This document shows, piece after piece, positions 1 through 12,337 of a stretch of 16,646 bases of DNA. Position 1 is the first letter of the stretch. Each line of letters begins with the position of its first letter. The notes below the pieces were generated by a model. The model was given only the letters and a program-made list of their open reading frames with translations. It did no database searches and was not told the DNA's origin. The stretch is from Octopus sinensis (taxonomy: Eukaryota). The position numbers and the translations under genes are program-made. The stretch covers positions 1 to 16,646 of the forward strand of contig NW_021825818.1 of assembly GCF_006345805.1 (NCBI RefSeq). The letters run 5' to 3'.

Positions 1-1059
1 ATACACACACACATATGTGTATATATATTTATAACGTGTGTATATATATATATATATATATATACATACATACACACACACTCATACACACATATATATA
101 TATAAATATATATATATACATATATATATATATGGAAGTTGACTCATGATGGAATAAAACTACTGGTTACACTCGAAGAGTCCAATGAGTTCCTGTGCGT
201 GAATTTGCTTTGTCTCAAGTGGATAAACTGATGAGTAATAAAGCCTGTTCATTCCATGTTTCCATATCAAGATTCTTTTTTTTCCATATATATATTCAGT
301 TAAAAGAGAAGACCTATTGTATCATAGCATCTGGTAGCCGTTGCCTGAAGTGGAGCTTTGATAAGCAGACTATAAGGTATCACCCAGATAATATTAAATC
401 ATTGTTCCTGCTTAACCCTTGGTTAACACGGATTGTGTGGTCCTGCAGTGAGACCCACCCATCTGTGACTGTCCTATCATCTCCTGTAGACCTTCACTCT
501 CTAAATGCCTGACTGCCTTCAGTTTGCCAAGTTTCCTGAAGTAAATCTAGTGCCATTTAAATACACAATATTGATGACATCAGATAGCCGAATACAGTGA
601 ACAGGCTTTAAACAGCATATTACAAGGTTTATCCTTGAATATAAAATGATTATTTATCTATATCTATATCTATAGCTTTACATATATATATATATGTATG
701 CATGTATTGTCACACATGTGTATATGTATGTATATATGTATGTGTGAGTGAATATGTATGTGTGTGTGATATAATTATGTTCTGGAACGTAGGATCTTGA
801 AGCAAATACGCTATAATTGTCTACAGATGTTGGTCTGTATACCACAGGCAGCCTTGACCCTTTTCTATCCAAACGGATTTTATTTTTGTCTCAATATTTA
901 CATGCTATCATTCATAGCTTATCTGCTTCAAGATACAATGTTGCAAAATCGAAAAAAAAAAAACGAAAAGAAATTGTGTTCTCTCAAAGTTTACAAATTC
1001 TTAATATATGTATGTGTGTGTGTATTTGTATGTAATTCTATGTATATGTGTTTGTGTAT

Positions 1060-1294
1060 GTATATGTGGTTGAGTTCCTTTGTCTTGATATCACACAATG
1101 GTTGTAAATGAGTCTCCCTGCCATACAAGCAGAGTTGTTTAGTCTCCAGGTTTCTATGAAAAACACATCTGATGGTAGGGCATATTGACCTGTTTAGAAA
1201 TAAGTGAAGGTTGGCAACAGGGAGGGCCTCCAGCCAGAGAAGGCCTGTCTCACTGATTCGTACAAGGATGAAAAAGCGGAAATTAAATTCTTAC

Positions 1295-1340
<46 letters not shown>
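1060..1340 (+). mobile_element. Related retroposon 3' fragment with (TTA)n tail
   Basis: ggttggcaacagggagggcctccagcc...gaaaaagcggaaattaaa followed by (tta)n, homologous to 7264-7395. The 5' boundary is approximate. Confidence 0.45.
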
Positions 1341-1342
<2 letters not shown>

Positions 1343-2853
1343 ACACACGAACAAACACACACATATATATGTACAAATGTATTTGTATGCCAGATTTGTG
1401 CGTCTGTATGCAGATGTGCTTTGACATGTGTGCGTAAGTATTATGGATACTTTAGGGTGAAGTGGAGGGAAGTGTTTATAAATTCATTCACGTCTGCACA
1501 GAAATGTGTACAGATATACTTAGGCAAGTTTACTACTTTCTATCTTTCTATCTATACATACATGCATACATACATACATACACATATACTCATAAATATA
1601 TACATTTACCATTTGCAACAGATATCTCTTGCTGCTTAGTGAATTCCACTTAAGAACGGGGTTGTATAGTTACACCACACATACACACACACATAGTGCA
1701 TACATATATATATACATGAATAAAAAATATCTAATATATATATAATATATATATATATTATATATATATATACAGATATATATATATGTATATATATGCA
1801 TATATAAATATGGATATGTATATATTTAAGGGTAGAAATGTAGCTCTGCAAAAAGAACTAGTAATAATGAGAGACAGAAAGAAAGAGTGAGAGAGAAAGA
1901 GAAAGAGAAAAAGAAAGCAAGGGAGAGGGAGAGGGAGAGAGAGAGAGAGCGAATGACTGAAAATATAAAATTAATTTAAAAAACGACGAACATCATTTTG
2001 TCTTGTTGAAAGTCAATGGACGTCATTCCTAAAAAAATCACAACATGGTTTGTAAGACAGTGAAGTCACTGCTTATCATTTCCTCTGTGTGCGTGTAGGA
2101 GCACAAATTTATGTTAACAACATTTGATTAAATACATATAGAAAATATATATATGTATATATATATATATTATTTTTGTGGTTAGATATATATATATATA
2201 TAATATTATATATATATATATTAACTATAATATATATATGGATGTGTTTATATATTATATATTTATATATGTATATATATATATATATAATATATATATA
2301 TATAATATATACATATATATATATGCCTAATCTTCTGTTCTTGGAATAAAAATAAAAAAAATTATGAGTCATAATTGATTATTCCCCCCTCCCCTACCTC
2401 CCAAATTCAGGGGGGCAATTTTTTTTTTTCATTCCCCGTGGATAACTGGGTAAGCAAGAAACTTGTTGTTTCATGGTTGTGGCGGGTACAGTTTCAATTT
2501 ACGATTGTGGCGGTGAGGTGATGAAGAAATCAAATGTCAAAGGTCAGATGTTATGTATCAAATATCAAATTTTAAAATGTCAATCAGATAAATAATTTCC
2601 TTTCTGGTTTTTGTTTTTTAATGGTTTTTTTTTTCTTTATAATTTTTTGGTTTTAATTTAAATTTGTATCACTTTCACTTTATATATATATTTCATATAT
2701 ATATATGATATATATTTATATATATATATAGATATATTATATATATATATATACATGTAAATGCATGTAGATATGTATTTACACACACATATCTATACAC
2801 ACATACATACATATATATGCATATAGATATATATATATATATGTGTGTGGCAT

Positions 2854-2885
<32 letters not shown>

Positions 2886-2934
2886 TAGTTTATCTTAAAT
2901 TTGATATGTTATATGTATTGTTCTCAGTCATTGC

Positions 2935-2966
<32 letters not shown>

Positions 2967-3406
2967 TATATATACATTATATACATATATACACAATAAA
3001 TGGATAAAAATCTGTAATATATATACATACACAGAAACATGTATGTATTTGAACACACACATGCACACATATATATGCGTAGGTGTATATATATTTATAT
3101 ATACACACATATGTATATGTGTGTGTGTGTGTGTGTGTGTGCAAATATACTGATATTCAAAAGTCGTTAGAACGTTTTTTGTTGATTTTTTTTTTTGGCA
3201 ACAGAGATTGATTAATCATAGAAATGGTGTTATGAATGACAATTACAAGGTGGTGGTGGTGGTGGTGATGGCGTTTGTGGTCAATGGGTGTGGCGTTGAT
3301 GACTGGAGGGAGGTAATAGAGGTCAGTGGTTGTTGTGGTTGTTGTTGTTGTTGCAATGGTGGTGGTGGTTATGTTTTGTTTTGTTTTGTTCGTCAGTAGA
3401 AGGATC

Positions 3407-3445
<39 letters not shown>

Positions 3446-3937
3446 AATCCAAATGCTGAAGGTGATTTCATACATGGAAGATTTTCCATCATATCACAAA
3501 AAAAAGAGAAAAAATGCGAAAAAAAAAAGAAAAATCTCACAAGAAAAATGACCTAAGCCCATCAGGTGGGATGGTAAGCAGGATAGGCAAGTTTGGAATG
3601 GTGAAAATAGTATGATATGTTGTGGAATGCCAGTGGGATTCTAGCAAAGAATCAACTCAAAGAACCACCCATGCAGTTTTGTTTTTTCCTTCAAATTGGT
3701 AGAAAATTTTGGATGATAATCCTTCACAAATTGTTGATTTTTCAAAAGAAGTGAACATTTAAATTAAAACAAACAAACCAACAAACATTGTTTCATGTTG
3801 TGGCACCAAGGGATGAGCATTGTCTCCCCCTGTGCTTCTCCCTCATTATTTCTTTCCACATTAGACACAGCGCCAAATATTGTTATGATGTCTTTAACAT
3901 TTATAAATTTTCTTCATTCTGTTATTTTTCTCATGAT

Positions 3938-3943
3938 TTTATT
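3938..3943 (-). promoter_or_regulatory. Candidate AATAAA polyadenylation signal
   Basis: tttatt on the + strand about 50 nt downstream of the stop codon; could be chance in AT-rich DNA. Confidence 0.2.
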
Positions 3944-3992
3944 TTCTTTCTTCCTAGAATTTTCTTCTTTTTCTCCTTTCCTTCTTTGAAAT

Positions 3993-5818
3993 TTATGAAA
4001 GTTCTTCCTTCAGAAACATCATGATGGTATTTTTTCGGTCGAAATGCCAAGAGGCAGTAAAACTCAGACAGGAGCTTTCAGTGTTTTGTCTCTGGCTACA
4101 TGGATACTTGCATGTGAGGATCTTGACGAAGGCTCTACGAAAGGCCGTATTAAACATGGTATAGATGAGAGGGTTTGCCAGAGAAGCAATGTAACCCATC
4201 CACAAGAAGATTGACATCATTTCCGGAGTGATTTTTGACATACAGTCTTTGCAGGTGGCTGACAAGATATTTACAATGAAGAATGGTGTCCACAAAACGA
4301 CAAAAACAGCAAAAATGATGCCCAATACTTTAAGAGCCTTTTTTTCATTGCTGGCTGTTTTGTTGCTGAGTAAATGTCGGAATGCTTTCTGAATTTTTGG
4401 TTTCTTGTTTGCCCTCATTATGTGTTCTTTGATGAAGTTGCGGAAAGTTCTCTTCATTGTGTGATAATCTTGCTTGCAGTTCTTGTTCATTGCCCCGACT
4501 GGAGCATTATAAGCAACCAGTTGTTGACCTTCTGGAATTTCGGGACATTCTTCAGGTGTTGTACAACCAACTTTACTGGTTTCTGTGGCCACATTAACTT
4601 TTGTTTTCACTATTCTGACACTTTCACCCTTTACTGAAATAGGTTCATCCATTGAGGTCACAGCATTCTGTTTGGCCAGCATTACTGGCCGGCAATAAGA
4701 TGCCTCAGCTCCCACCTCCAGCTGGTCTTCAGTTTCATTCTGGCTTTCATTACCCAAGAAATTGATGCCGGTTTCATCTTGGATGTGGAAGTAGCTTTGA
4801 TTGAAGTCCATGTTGATGATGTTGTTGTTGAGGCCGTGGTAACTGTGGTGCAGAGGATGCTTGAAAAGTGAAGAGGTTTTCCAGTGGTTGATGTCCATAA
4901 TCTGGGAGTAGGACTTTGAGCTGTACAATGGCTGTGGTTTTGGTTCTTCTTTCACCTGGTCAGCAGATGGCACTCGTTCAAAGTGAACTTTAGAGCAGCG
5001 GCGCTTCTGCAAGGGGAGCTGTAGGCTCTTGCGTCGCATCTTTTTGTTGTCAATAAGAGCAGGGATAGGTTCAGCAGCATTTGCCTGGGTTGCATTGGTG
5101 CCCTGTTCAGAGCCAAGTGTGCAGGTTGTGATTGTGGTTTGAGCTGAGTCAAATGAATTTCGAACGCTGTCACATTGGGTCCAGTTGGCACGCGAAGTCT
5201 TTGTGTCCTGCTGTTGGTTTTGTACAGATGGCGCTCCCTCTCCCCCTGCTTGTCCAATCTCACTGATTCCAATAATGTGCGTATCTGGTCCATCAGTTTC
5301 AGACAATACTGCTCGGTTTCGATTTTCAGCAGTGCCGTCCCCTTGCGACCTCGATATTATGGAAACATCCTTTTTCACAGAACCGCTGCTCTTAACAGCC
5401 GGCCTCCGATCAAACTTTTCAATGCTTTTCATCAAGTTCTGGTTATCCCACAAGATCTGGATGGTGAGGGCGTAGGTGACAATCATGATCAGGAGAGGAA
5501 TGTAGAAGGCGAATACGGACCCGTATATAACGAATGTGGGCAGGGTTGGCAGACAGCTGCCATTGTTGTATACTGTCCGTGTGTCCAGTAAACCATTGAT
5601 GCTCATCGGACAGCTGATTGCTATGGAGACGAACCACACAAATAGGATTTTCACACATACCATATGCTTGGTCTTGTTGCGGCCATACCGCATTGGGTAT
5701 TTCAGGGTGAAGAATCGATCCATAGACATGGTTGACATATGCCAGATGGATGCTGTACACATGAGAACATCCGTGGTGATCCAGAACAGACAGACATGTG
5801 GATTCATCGGGAAAAATC
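3993..5818 (-). CDS. HTR2: 5-HT2-type serotonin receptor (class A GPCR), coding exon 2 (ECL1/TM3 to C-terminus)
   Basis: Translation GFFPMNPHVCLFWITTDVLMCTASIWHMSTMSMDRFFTLKYPMRYGRNKT shows TM3 with the amine-binding Asp, DRF, and an ICL2 YPMRYGRNKT typical of invertebrate 5-HT2. Also TM5 GSVFAFYIPL, TM6 NEKKALKVLGIIFAVFVVLWTPFF, TM7 WMGYIASLANPLIY and helix 8 FRRAF..C. Acceptor cacaacag|GA at 5819/5818 follows a polypyrimidine tract (5831-5860). TAA stop at 3995-3993. Confidence 0.93.
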
Positions 5819-5864
5819 CTGTTGTGAGATGAGAAGAAAAGAGAAAGATAAAGAAAGAGAATAT

Positions 5865-6068
5865 GAATATACACCCAACACGATATGCATATACAAGCAT
5901 ATATATACCCAGTAGTATACATAAATGAGTATATATACATCCAACACAATATACATATGAGCATATATATATACCTGACACTATATACCTATGAGCATAT
6001 ATACATCCAGTGCAATATACATATATATTAACATATATAAACCCAAACCAATATACATATATGTTCAT
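5865..6068. repeat. Degenerate ~32-bp intronic minisatellite next to the exon 2 acceptor
   Basis: About 6 variants of atatatacatccaacacaatatacatatgagc. Confidence 0.7.
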
Positions 6069-6404
6069 ATATATATATGAATCTATGATCTAAACCATTC
6101 CACCCATGGCTCCTACTACTTATTTTAGGAATATGTAGAGCTACAGTATCTAGTGAGCCTTTTCCTTTATTTAAGATGGAAGTAGTGTGAGTTGGGGATG
6201 TATATATTTATATATATATACACACAGACATGTGTGGCAAGTGAAGTTAATGGTATAATGTTTACTCCATGGTTTACAATTGTTTCATCAACTACAATTG
6301 ACCAATCAAACATCATGTCTGTAGACATTGGTGATAATGAAGAATTAGTCATGTTTATTGTGTATGGCATATTACGTAACAGCACCAGTAATTAGTTCTT
6401 CAGA

Positions 6405-6528
6405 ACCGTATGAATATACACACACACATATACATACATACATGTATATATTATATATATAGATATGTAAATATATATATATGTATATATATATATATAA
6501 ATATATATATATGTATATATATATATAA

Positions 6529-6568
<40 letters not shown>

Positions 6569-6815
6569 GTAAAATATATATATATGTATATATTATATAA
6601 TATATATATATGTATATATATATATAAAAATATATATATGTATATATATAGACACACACATTATCTGAAATGTATAATATTAATATCCATCACGGCTGAT
6701 CTTACTAATTGGTTTAGTGTAAATAGAGTGTTATGTAACAATCTGATTATATAACTTTACACTCATCAGGGTTAGCTGATATGGAAGGGAATATGGCACT
6801 CATGTGTATATATAT

Positions 6816-6884
<69 letters not shown>

Positions 6885-7021
6885 GTATCTATATATATAT
6901 ATATATATTATAATATATATCTATATATAATATATATAATATATTATATATACACATACATACATATATATATATACACACACACACACACACCACACAC
7001 ACTATATATATATATATATAT
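6405..7021. repeat. (AT)n/(AC)n microsatellite fields (representative; others at 1-132, 1680-1830, 2130-2325, 2680-3140, 3409-3443, 15287-15340)
   Basis: Directly visible dinucleotide tracts; a unique island at 6661-6802 interrupts this one. Confidence 0.95.
6687..6784 (-). ncRNA. Decayed type-I hammerhead-like fold in the receptor intron (sense orientation)
   Basis: Minus strand reads ccauaucagcuaacc-CUGAUGA-GUGUAAA...UUUACAC-UAAA-CCAAUUAG-UA-agaucagccgugaugg. Helix II has a 7-bp base plus an upper guuauauaa/uuacauaac stem; helix III is near-palindromic; helix I is partial. The GAAA box reads UAAA. Confidence 0.4.
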
Positions 7022-7423
7022 ATGCACTTATGCCTGTGCTAGTAGGGTGCCAAGAGCACCATCCGAGCATGATTGTTGCCAGAGCAGCCAATTGACTTCC
7101 GTACCTGTGGCACATAAAAGGGCACCATTCGGGCGTGATCGTTACCAACGTCACTTCACTGGCACCTGTGCTGGTGGCATGTGTAAAAAGATTCAAGCGA
7201 GGTACCACCTGACCAGCCCCAGTGCCGGTGGCACGTAAAAAGCACCCACTACACTCTCAGAGTGGTTGGCGTTAGGAAGCACATCCAGGTGTAGAAACTC
7301 TGCCAGATCAAGATTGGAGTCTGTTGCAGCCATCTGATTCGCCAGCCCTCGGTCAAATCGTCCAACCCATGCTAGCATGGAAAGCGGACGTTAAATGATG
7401 ATGATGATGATGATGATGATGAT
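7022..7423 (+). mobile_element. Non-LTR retroposon 3' fragment with (ATG)n tail, intronic and antisense to the gene
   Basis: GC-richer island ending catggaaagcggacgttaa(atg)n. It shares ggttggc..agg.ag..c.tccag and aaagcgga..ttaaa with 1209-1288. Confidence 0.6.
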
Positions 7424-7644
7424 ACATACATATACATATATATATATATATATTATATATATTAGTGAAGAAAAAAACACGGTTGGAGATATTGAACTTC
7501 AATTATCCGCACCAACGCACGGTTGCAACACCAAATGGTCTTATCTCCAACCGTGTTTTTTTCTGCTGTGATTTTTGCTACCCAGGTATCGGTTAAACTT
7601 TTGAATAATCTGTAACAAGAAAATTCATCTTTCCATTTCAACAA

Positions 7645-7681
<37 letters not shown>

Positions 7682-7705
7682 CATACATACATACACATAT
7701 ATATA

Positions 7706-7757
7706 TTCTTTTACTTGTTTCAATCATTTGACTGTGGCCATGCTGGAGCACTGCCTT
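7706..7757 (-). mobile_element. Short family A tail fragment (duplicated at 8950-9000)
   Basis: ttcttttacttgtttcaatcatttgactgtggccatgctggagcactgccttg. Confidence 0.65.
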
Positions 7758-7818
7758 GACCATATATATATATATATATATATATTTATGTATGTTTGTA
7801 AGTGTGCATCTAAGTATA

Positions 7819-7850
<32 letters not shown>

Positions 7851-7946
7851 ATGTCATATCCTTGAATGGGTTAGGGTGTGATTTGAGGGACATTTGGCTA
7901 CTCTTTCCCACAGACTCATTGACAAAGTAGAAACGTGTGTTCTTAC

Positions 7947-8319
7947 CGTAGATTTCGACAATCATTCCAAGTGGCATCACCAAAATGGAGACGAGGAAGT
8001 CTGCAATAGCCAGAGACATAAGGAAGTAGTTTGTCATATTCTGTAGCCTTCGTTCCCAGCAGACTGCCATGCAGACAAGCAGGTTACCCGATGCAGCACA
8101 GATGATGACGAAAACCAGTGATAACATGCCCCATCGCATGCTGACTGGTGGTGGGTTTTCTGTAGACACAGACATCTCTCCATCTAAGGAGCTCATATTA
8201 GCCATTATCATAGTCAACAAGGACGAAGATGATGAAGAAACTAAAGACATCGTATTCATGTCTTTGCTGGAATTCCACGTTAATGAATTACTTGATGTGT
8301 TGACTACTGAAGGGATCAT
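7947..8319 (-). CDS. HTR2: 5-HT2-type serotonin receptor, coding exon 1 (N-terminus, TM1, TM2)
   Basis: MIPSVVNTSS... with sequons N7, N16 and N41; TM1 GNLLVCMAV; ICL1 ERRLQNMTNYFL; TM2 SLAIADFLVSILVMP. Donor TACG|gtaaga at 7947/7946. The 373-nt exon leaves phase 1, and G+GA gives Gly in frame with exon 2. The exact start Met is uncertain because several in-frame Mets follow. Confidence 0.9.
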
Positions 8320-9184
8320 ATTTGAGATGGTGTTGAATTAATTAAATATATTAATTTCTTTTTCTTTGCCTTTTTTTTCTTTTTTATAGTTTTCGAAAAA
8401 ATATCAAATTTCTAAAATTTTTTCTTCCAAGAAAATTTCAAATAGAGTTTTGAGAGATCAAGAAAAAGATTGAGGGCCAAATTGAAAGAAATTTCATAAG
8501 GAATTCAGGAGAATTTTGGATTTTGGTTTTCTTCTTCTCAGAGGACTGATAAAACTGGAAGTTCCAAGCAAAATTGAAGAAAAATCATTTTACAGAAATC
8601 TCAGAGAAGATTCATGAAAAATGAAAGAAAGAAAAGAAGAAAATGAAGAAGAGTTAAAGAGAAAAGGGTTTTTAAAGGACAACTAGAAGGGAATTCACAA
8701 CGATTCTTTGAGGTATCAAGGGTTTGAAAGGTTATTTTGTTTTTTCTTTTTAACTGTTTTTTTTAAATTTTGTTGATAAACTTGTGATGTCTTTTTGTTT
8801 GTCTTTCTTCTTGAAATTTTCTTCAGCAGTAGTTAAAGCAGTAATCTACAGTATTACTATCTTCTTTCTCTGGTTGTTACAAATATATATATATATATAC
8901 ACTATATATATTTATATATATATAACATACATACATACACATATATATATTCTTGTACTTGTTTCAATCATTTGACTGTGCCATGCTGGAGCACTGCCTT
9001 GACCATATATATATATATATATATATTTATGTATGTTTGTAAGGTGCATCTAAGTATATGTATGTGTGTGTGTGTGTGGTGTGTGTGATGTCATATCCTG
9101 AATGGGTTAGGGTGTGATTTGAGGGACATTGGGCTACTCTTTCCCACAGACTCATTGACACAAAGTAGAAACGTGTGTTCTTAC

Positions 9185-9549
9185 CGTAGATTTCGACAAT
9201 CATCCAAGTGGCATCACCAAAATGGAGACGAGGAAGTCTGCAATAGCCAGAGACAAGGAAGTAGTTTGTCATATTCTGTAGCCTTCGTTCCCAGCAGACT
9301 GCCATGCAGACAAGCAGGTTACCCGATGCAGCACAGATGATGACGAAAACCAGTGATAACATGCCCATCGCATGCTGACTGGTGGGGGGTTTTCTGTAGA
9401 CACAGACATCTCTCCATCTAGGAGCTCATATTAGCCATTATCATAGTCAACAAGGACGAAGATGATGAAGAAACTAAGACATCGTATTCATGTCTTTGCG
9501 GAATTCCACGTTAATGAATTACTGATGTGTTGACTACTGAAGGGATCAT
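9185..9549 (-). pseudogene. Frameshifted duplicate of receptor coding exon 1 (pseudo-exon or assembly artefact)
   Basis: Same ATG context (cat at 9547-9549) and donor (9185/9184) as exon 1, but 365 vs 373 nt. By manual alignment there are 7 small deletions (8 nt total) and 1 substitution. Confidence 0.75.
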
Positions 9550-10630
9550 ATTTGAGATGGTGTTGAATTAATTAAATATATTAATTTCTTTTTCTTTGCC
9601 TTTTTTTTCTTTTTTATAGTTTTCGAAAAAATATCAAATTTCTAAAATTTTTTTCTTCCAAGAAAATTTCAAATAGAGTTTTGAGAGATCAAGAAAAAGA
9701 TTTGAGGGCCAAATTGGAAAGAAATTTCATAAGGAATTCAGGAGAATTTTGGATTTTGGTTTTCTTCTTCTCAGAGGACTGATAAAACTGGAAGTTCCAA
9801 GCAAAATTGAAGAAAAATCATTTTACAGAAATCTCAGAGAAGATTCATGAAAAATGAAAGAAAGAAAAGAAGAAAATGAAGAAGAGTTAAAGAGAAAAGG
9901 GTTTTTAAAGGACAACTAGAAGGGAATTCACAACGATTCTTTGAGGTATCAAGGGTTTGAAAGGTTATTTTGTTTTTTCTTTTTAACTGTTTTTTTTTAA
10001 ATTTTGTTGATAAACTTGTGATGTCTTTTTGTTTGTCTTTCTTCTTGAAATTTTCTTCAGCAGTAGTTAAAGCAGTAATCTACAGTATTACTATCTTCTT
10101 TCTCTGGTTGTTACAAATATATATATATATATATACACATATATATATTTATATATACCTATATCTATGTAATATAGTGTGGCATCTGTTGTGATATTAT
10201 TATTAGTATTAGTAGTAATATTAATAATGGACGTTGTGACAGAAATGTTTTTTTCTCCTTTTTTTTAGACAAACACTAAACAATGATGCTGACAGCGACC
10301 AAAATTGACAAATTCCACGGCGAAGTATAAAGATGATGACGGTTCTTTTTTTGTTTTATTTTATTTGATGTGATGACAGCAGAGATAATTGTGCTTATTT
10401 ATTTTCTCACAAATTTTTTTTTCCAAGAGCTATCAGCAGTAAAGTGCATTGATATTAGCAGCAGCAGCAGTAGTATAAATAGTAGTAGTAGTAGTAGTAG
10501 TAGTGGTTATTACTATAATCAATGAAAGGGTGAAGAGGTGGTTGGATGGTTCGGGTGATTTAATGAGTTAAGGAGATTTTTTTTTTCTTAATTCCTTGGC
10601 TGAGATGATTTTCTTTACAAATGTGGTTGA

Positions 10631-10643
10631 ATTATTATTATTA

Positions 10644-10678
<35 letters not shown>

Positions 10679-11464
10679 GATGAAAAAATAGGGTGGGAAG
10701 ATATGGAGGAGGTTTTTATTATTATTATGATGGTTGTTGTTATTATGGTTATTATTATTATTATTATTATTATTATTGTTGTTGTTGTTATTATAATTTT
10801 TTTTTTCTTTTCCTTAAAATGCTAAATTGGTACTGATCTTTGTGTGCGTTTCGATACAGCGACCAAGGAAATATTTTTGTTTTGGTTACCCCCTAATGAT
10901 TATCTGTGAACGGTGACGTTTTGGTTTGGACTCTAGTCAGACTGTATGGAATCTGTCATACAGACCACCTGAAAAGAGAAAAAAAAAAGAACCATGTTAA
11001 TAATAGGAGTTGTAACACACACACACACACACACACATCATTGTCATTATCATCATCATCATCATCATTGTCGCTGTCACCATTATCATTATTAATGCTG
11101 GCAGCATCATTAATGCTCAGATTCTTTTTATCCACCTTTACATGAAGAGTTCAAATTCCCCTGCAGTCGAACTTACATCACATACTTTCATGGTTGATAA
11201 AAATAAGCCCCAGTGGGGCACTGGTATCAATGTAATTACCCCTCTCCCCAAAATTGCTGGGTTTGTGCCAAAACTTGAAACCAGTATTATTATTATGGCA
11301 GAATTATTAGCAGCATTTTTTCCAGTTTATTGCTCAGAGTTCAAAACCCACTGAAATCACCCCTGTGTTTTATTCTCTCAAGGTCGATAGAATGAGTCCC
11401 AGTTGAATACTGGGTTTGATGTAATTGACTATCCCCCTTCCCTAAAATTTCCTTAGTATTATTA

Positions 11465-11529
<65 letters not shown>

Positions 11530-12305
11530 GATGAAAAAATAGGGTGGGAAGATATGGAGGAGGTTTTTATTATTATGATGGTTGTTGTTATTATGGTTAT
11601 TATTATTATTATTATTATTATTATTGTTGTTGTTGTTATTATAATTTTTTTTTTCTTTTCCTTAAAATGCTAAATTGGTACTGATCTTTGTGTGCGTTTC
11701 GATACAGCGACCAAGGAAATATTTTTGTTTTGGTTACCCCCTAATGATTATCTGTGAACGGTGACGTTTTGGTTTGGACTCTAGTCAGACTGTATGGAAT
11801 CTGTCATACAGACAACCTGAAAAGAGAAAAAAAAAGAACCATGTTAATAATAGGAGTTGTAACCACACACACACACACCACATCATTGTCATTATCATCA
11901 TCATCATCATCATTGTCGCTGTCACCATTATCATTATTATGCTGGCACATCATTATGCTCAGATTCTTTTTATCCACTTTACATGAAGAGTTCAAATTCC
12001 CCTGCAGTCGAACTTACATCACATACTTTCATGGTTGATAAAAATAAGCCCCAGTGGGGCACTGGTATCAATGTAATTACCCCTCTCCCCAAAATGTGCT
12101 GGGTTTGTGCCAAAACTTGAACCAGTATTATTATTATGGCAGAATTATTAGCAGCATTTTTTCCAGTTTATTGCTCAGAGTTCAAAACCCACTGAAATCA
12201 CCCCTGTGTTTTATTCTCTCAAGGTCGATAGAATGAGTCCCAGTTGAATACTGGGTTTGATGTAATTGACTATCCCCCTTCCCTAAAATTTCCTTAGTAT
12301 TATTA

Positions 12306-12337
<32 letters not shown>

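Larger units (their letters stand above)
5819..7946 (-). other. GT-AG intron (2128 nt, phase 1) of the 5-HT2-type receptor
   Basis: gtaaga donor, cag acceptor with polypyrimidine tract; splicing restores a continuous 7TM reading frame (..IVEIYG FFPMNP..). Confidence 0.9.
7641..10157. repeat. Direct tandem duplication, unit ~1.24 kb, containing exon 1 and upstream sequence
   Basis: ttcttttacttgtttcaatc at 7706 recurs at 8950; tggttgttacaaat at ~8871 recurs at ~10105. The offset shrinks from 1244 to 1234. Both ends and the junction lie in acaaat(AT)n tracts. Confidence 0.92.

Noticed and set aside
134-270. CTGATGAG at ~228 and a short gactc/gagtc stem as a possible hammerhead
   Set aside because: No helix II followed by GAAA in the required order.
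678-3556. Many short ORFs rich in IY, HT, poly-N, poly-L or poly-V (also at 6372-7238, 10906-12442 and 13770-15491)
   Set aside because: Translations of microsatellites and repeats that happen to lack stop codons.
4374-5964. Antisense and alternative-frame ORFs overlapping exon 2
   Set aside because: Shadow ORFs of the real CDS with no recognisable domains.
5819-6068. 83-codon in-frame N-terminal extension of the 691-aa ORF
   Set aside because: It is translated intronic minisatellite and polypyrimidine tract (I/Y/C/V-rich). It lacks TM1-2 motifs, and a proper acceptor plus upstream exon explain the gene.
7810-7946. C-terminal part of the 169-aa ORF (KNTRFY...HTHTYT)
   Set aside because: Read-through past the splice donor into the intron.
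9027-9368. Second functional receptor paralogue
   Set aside because: A frameshifted copy of exon 1 only, with no second exon 2.
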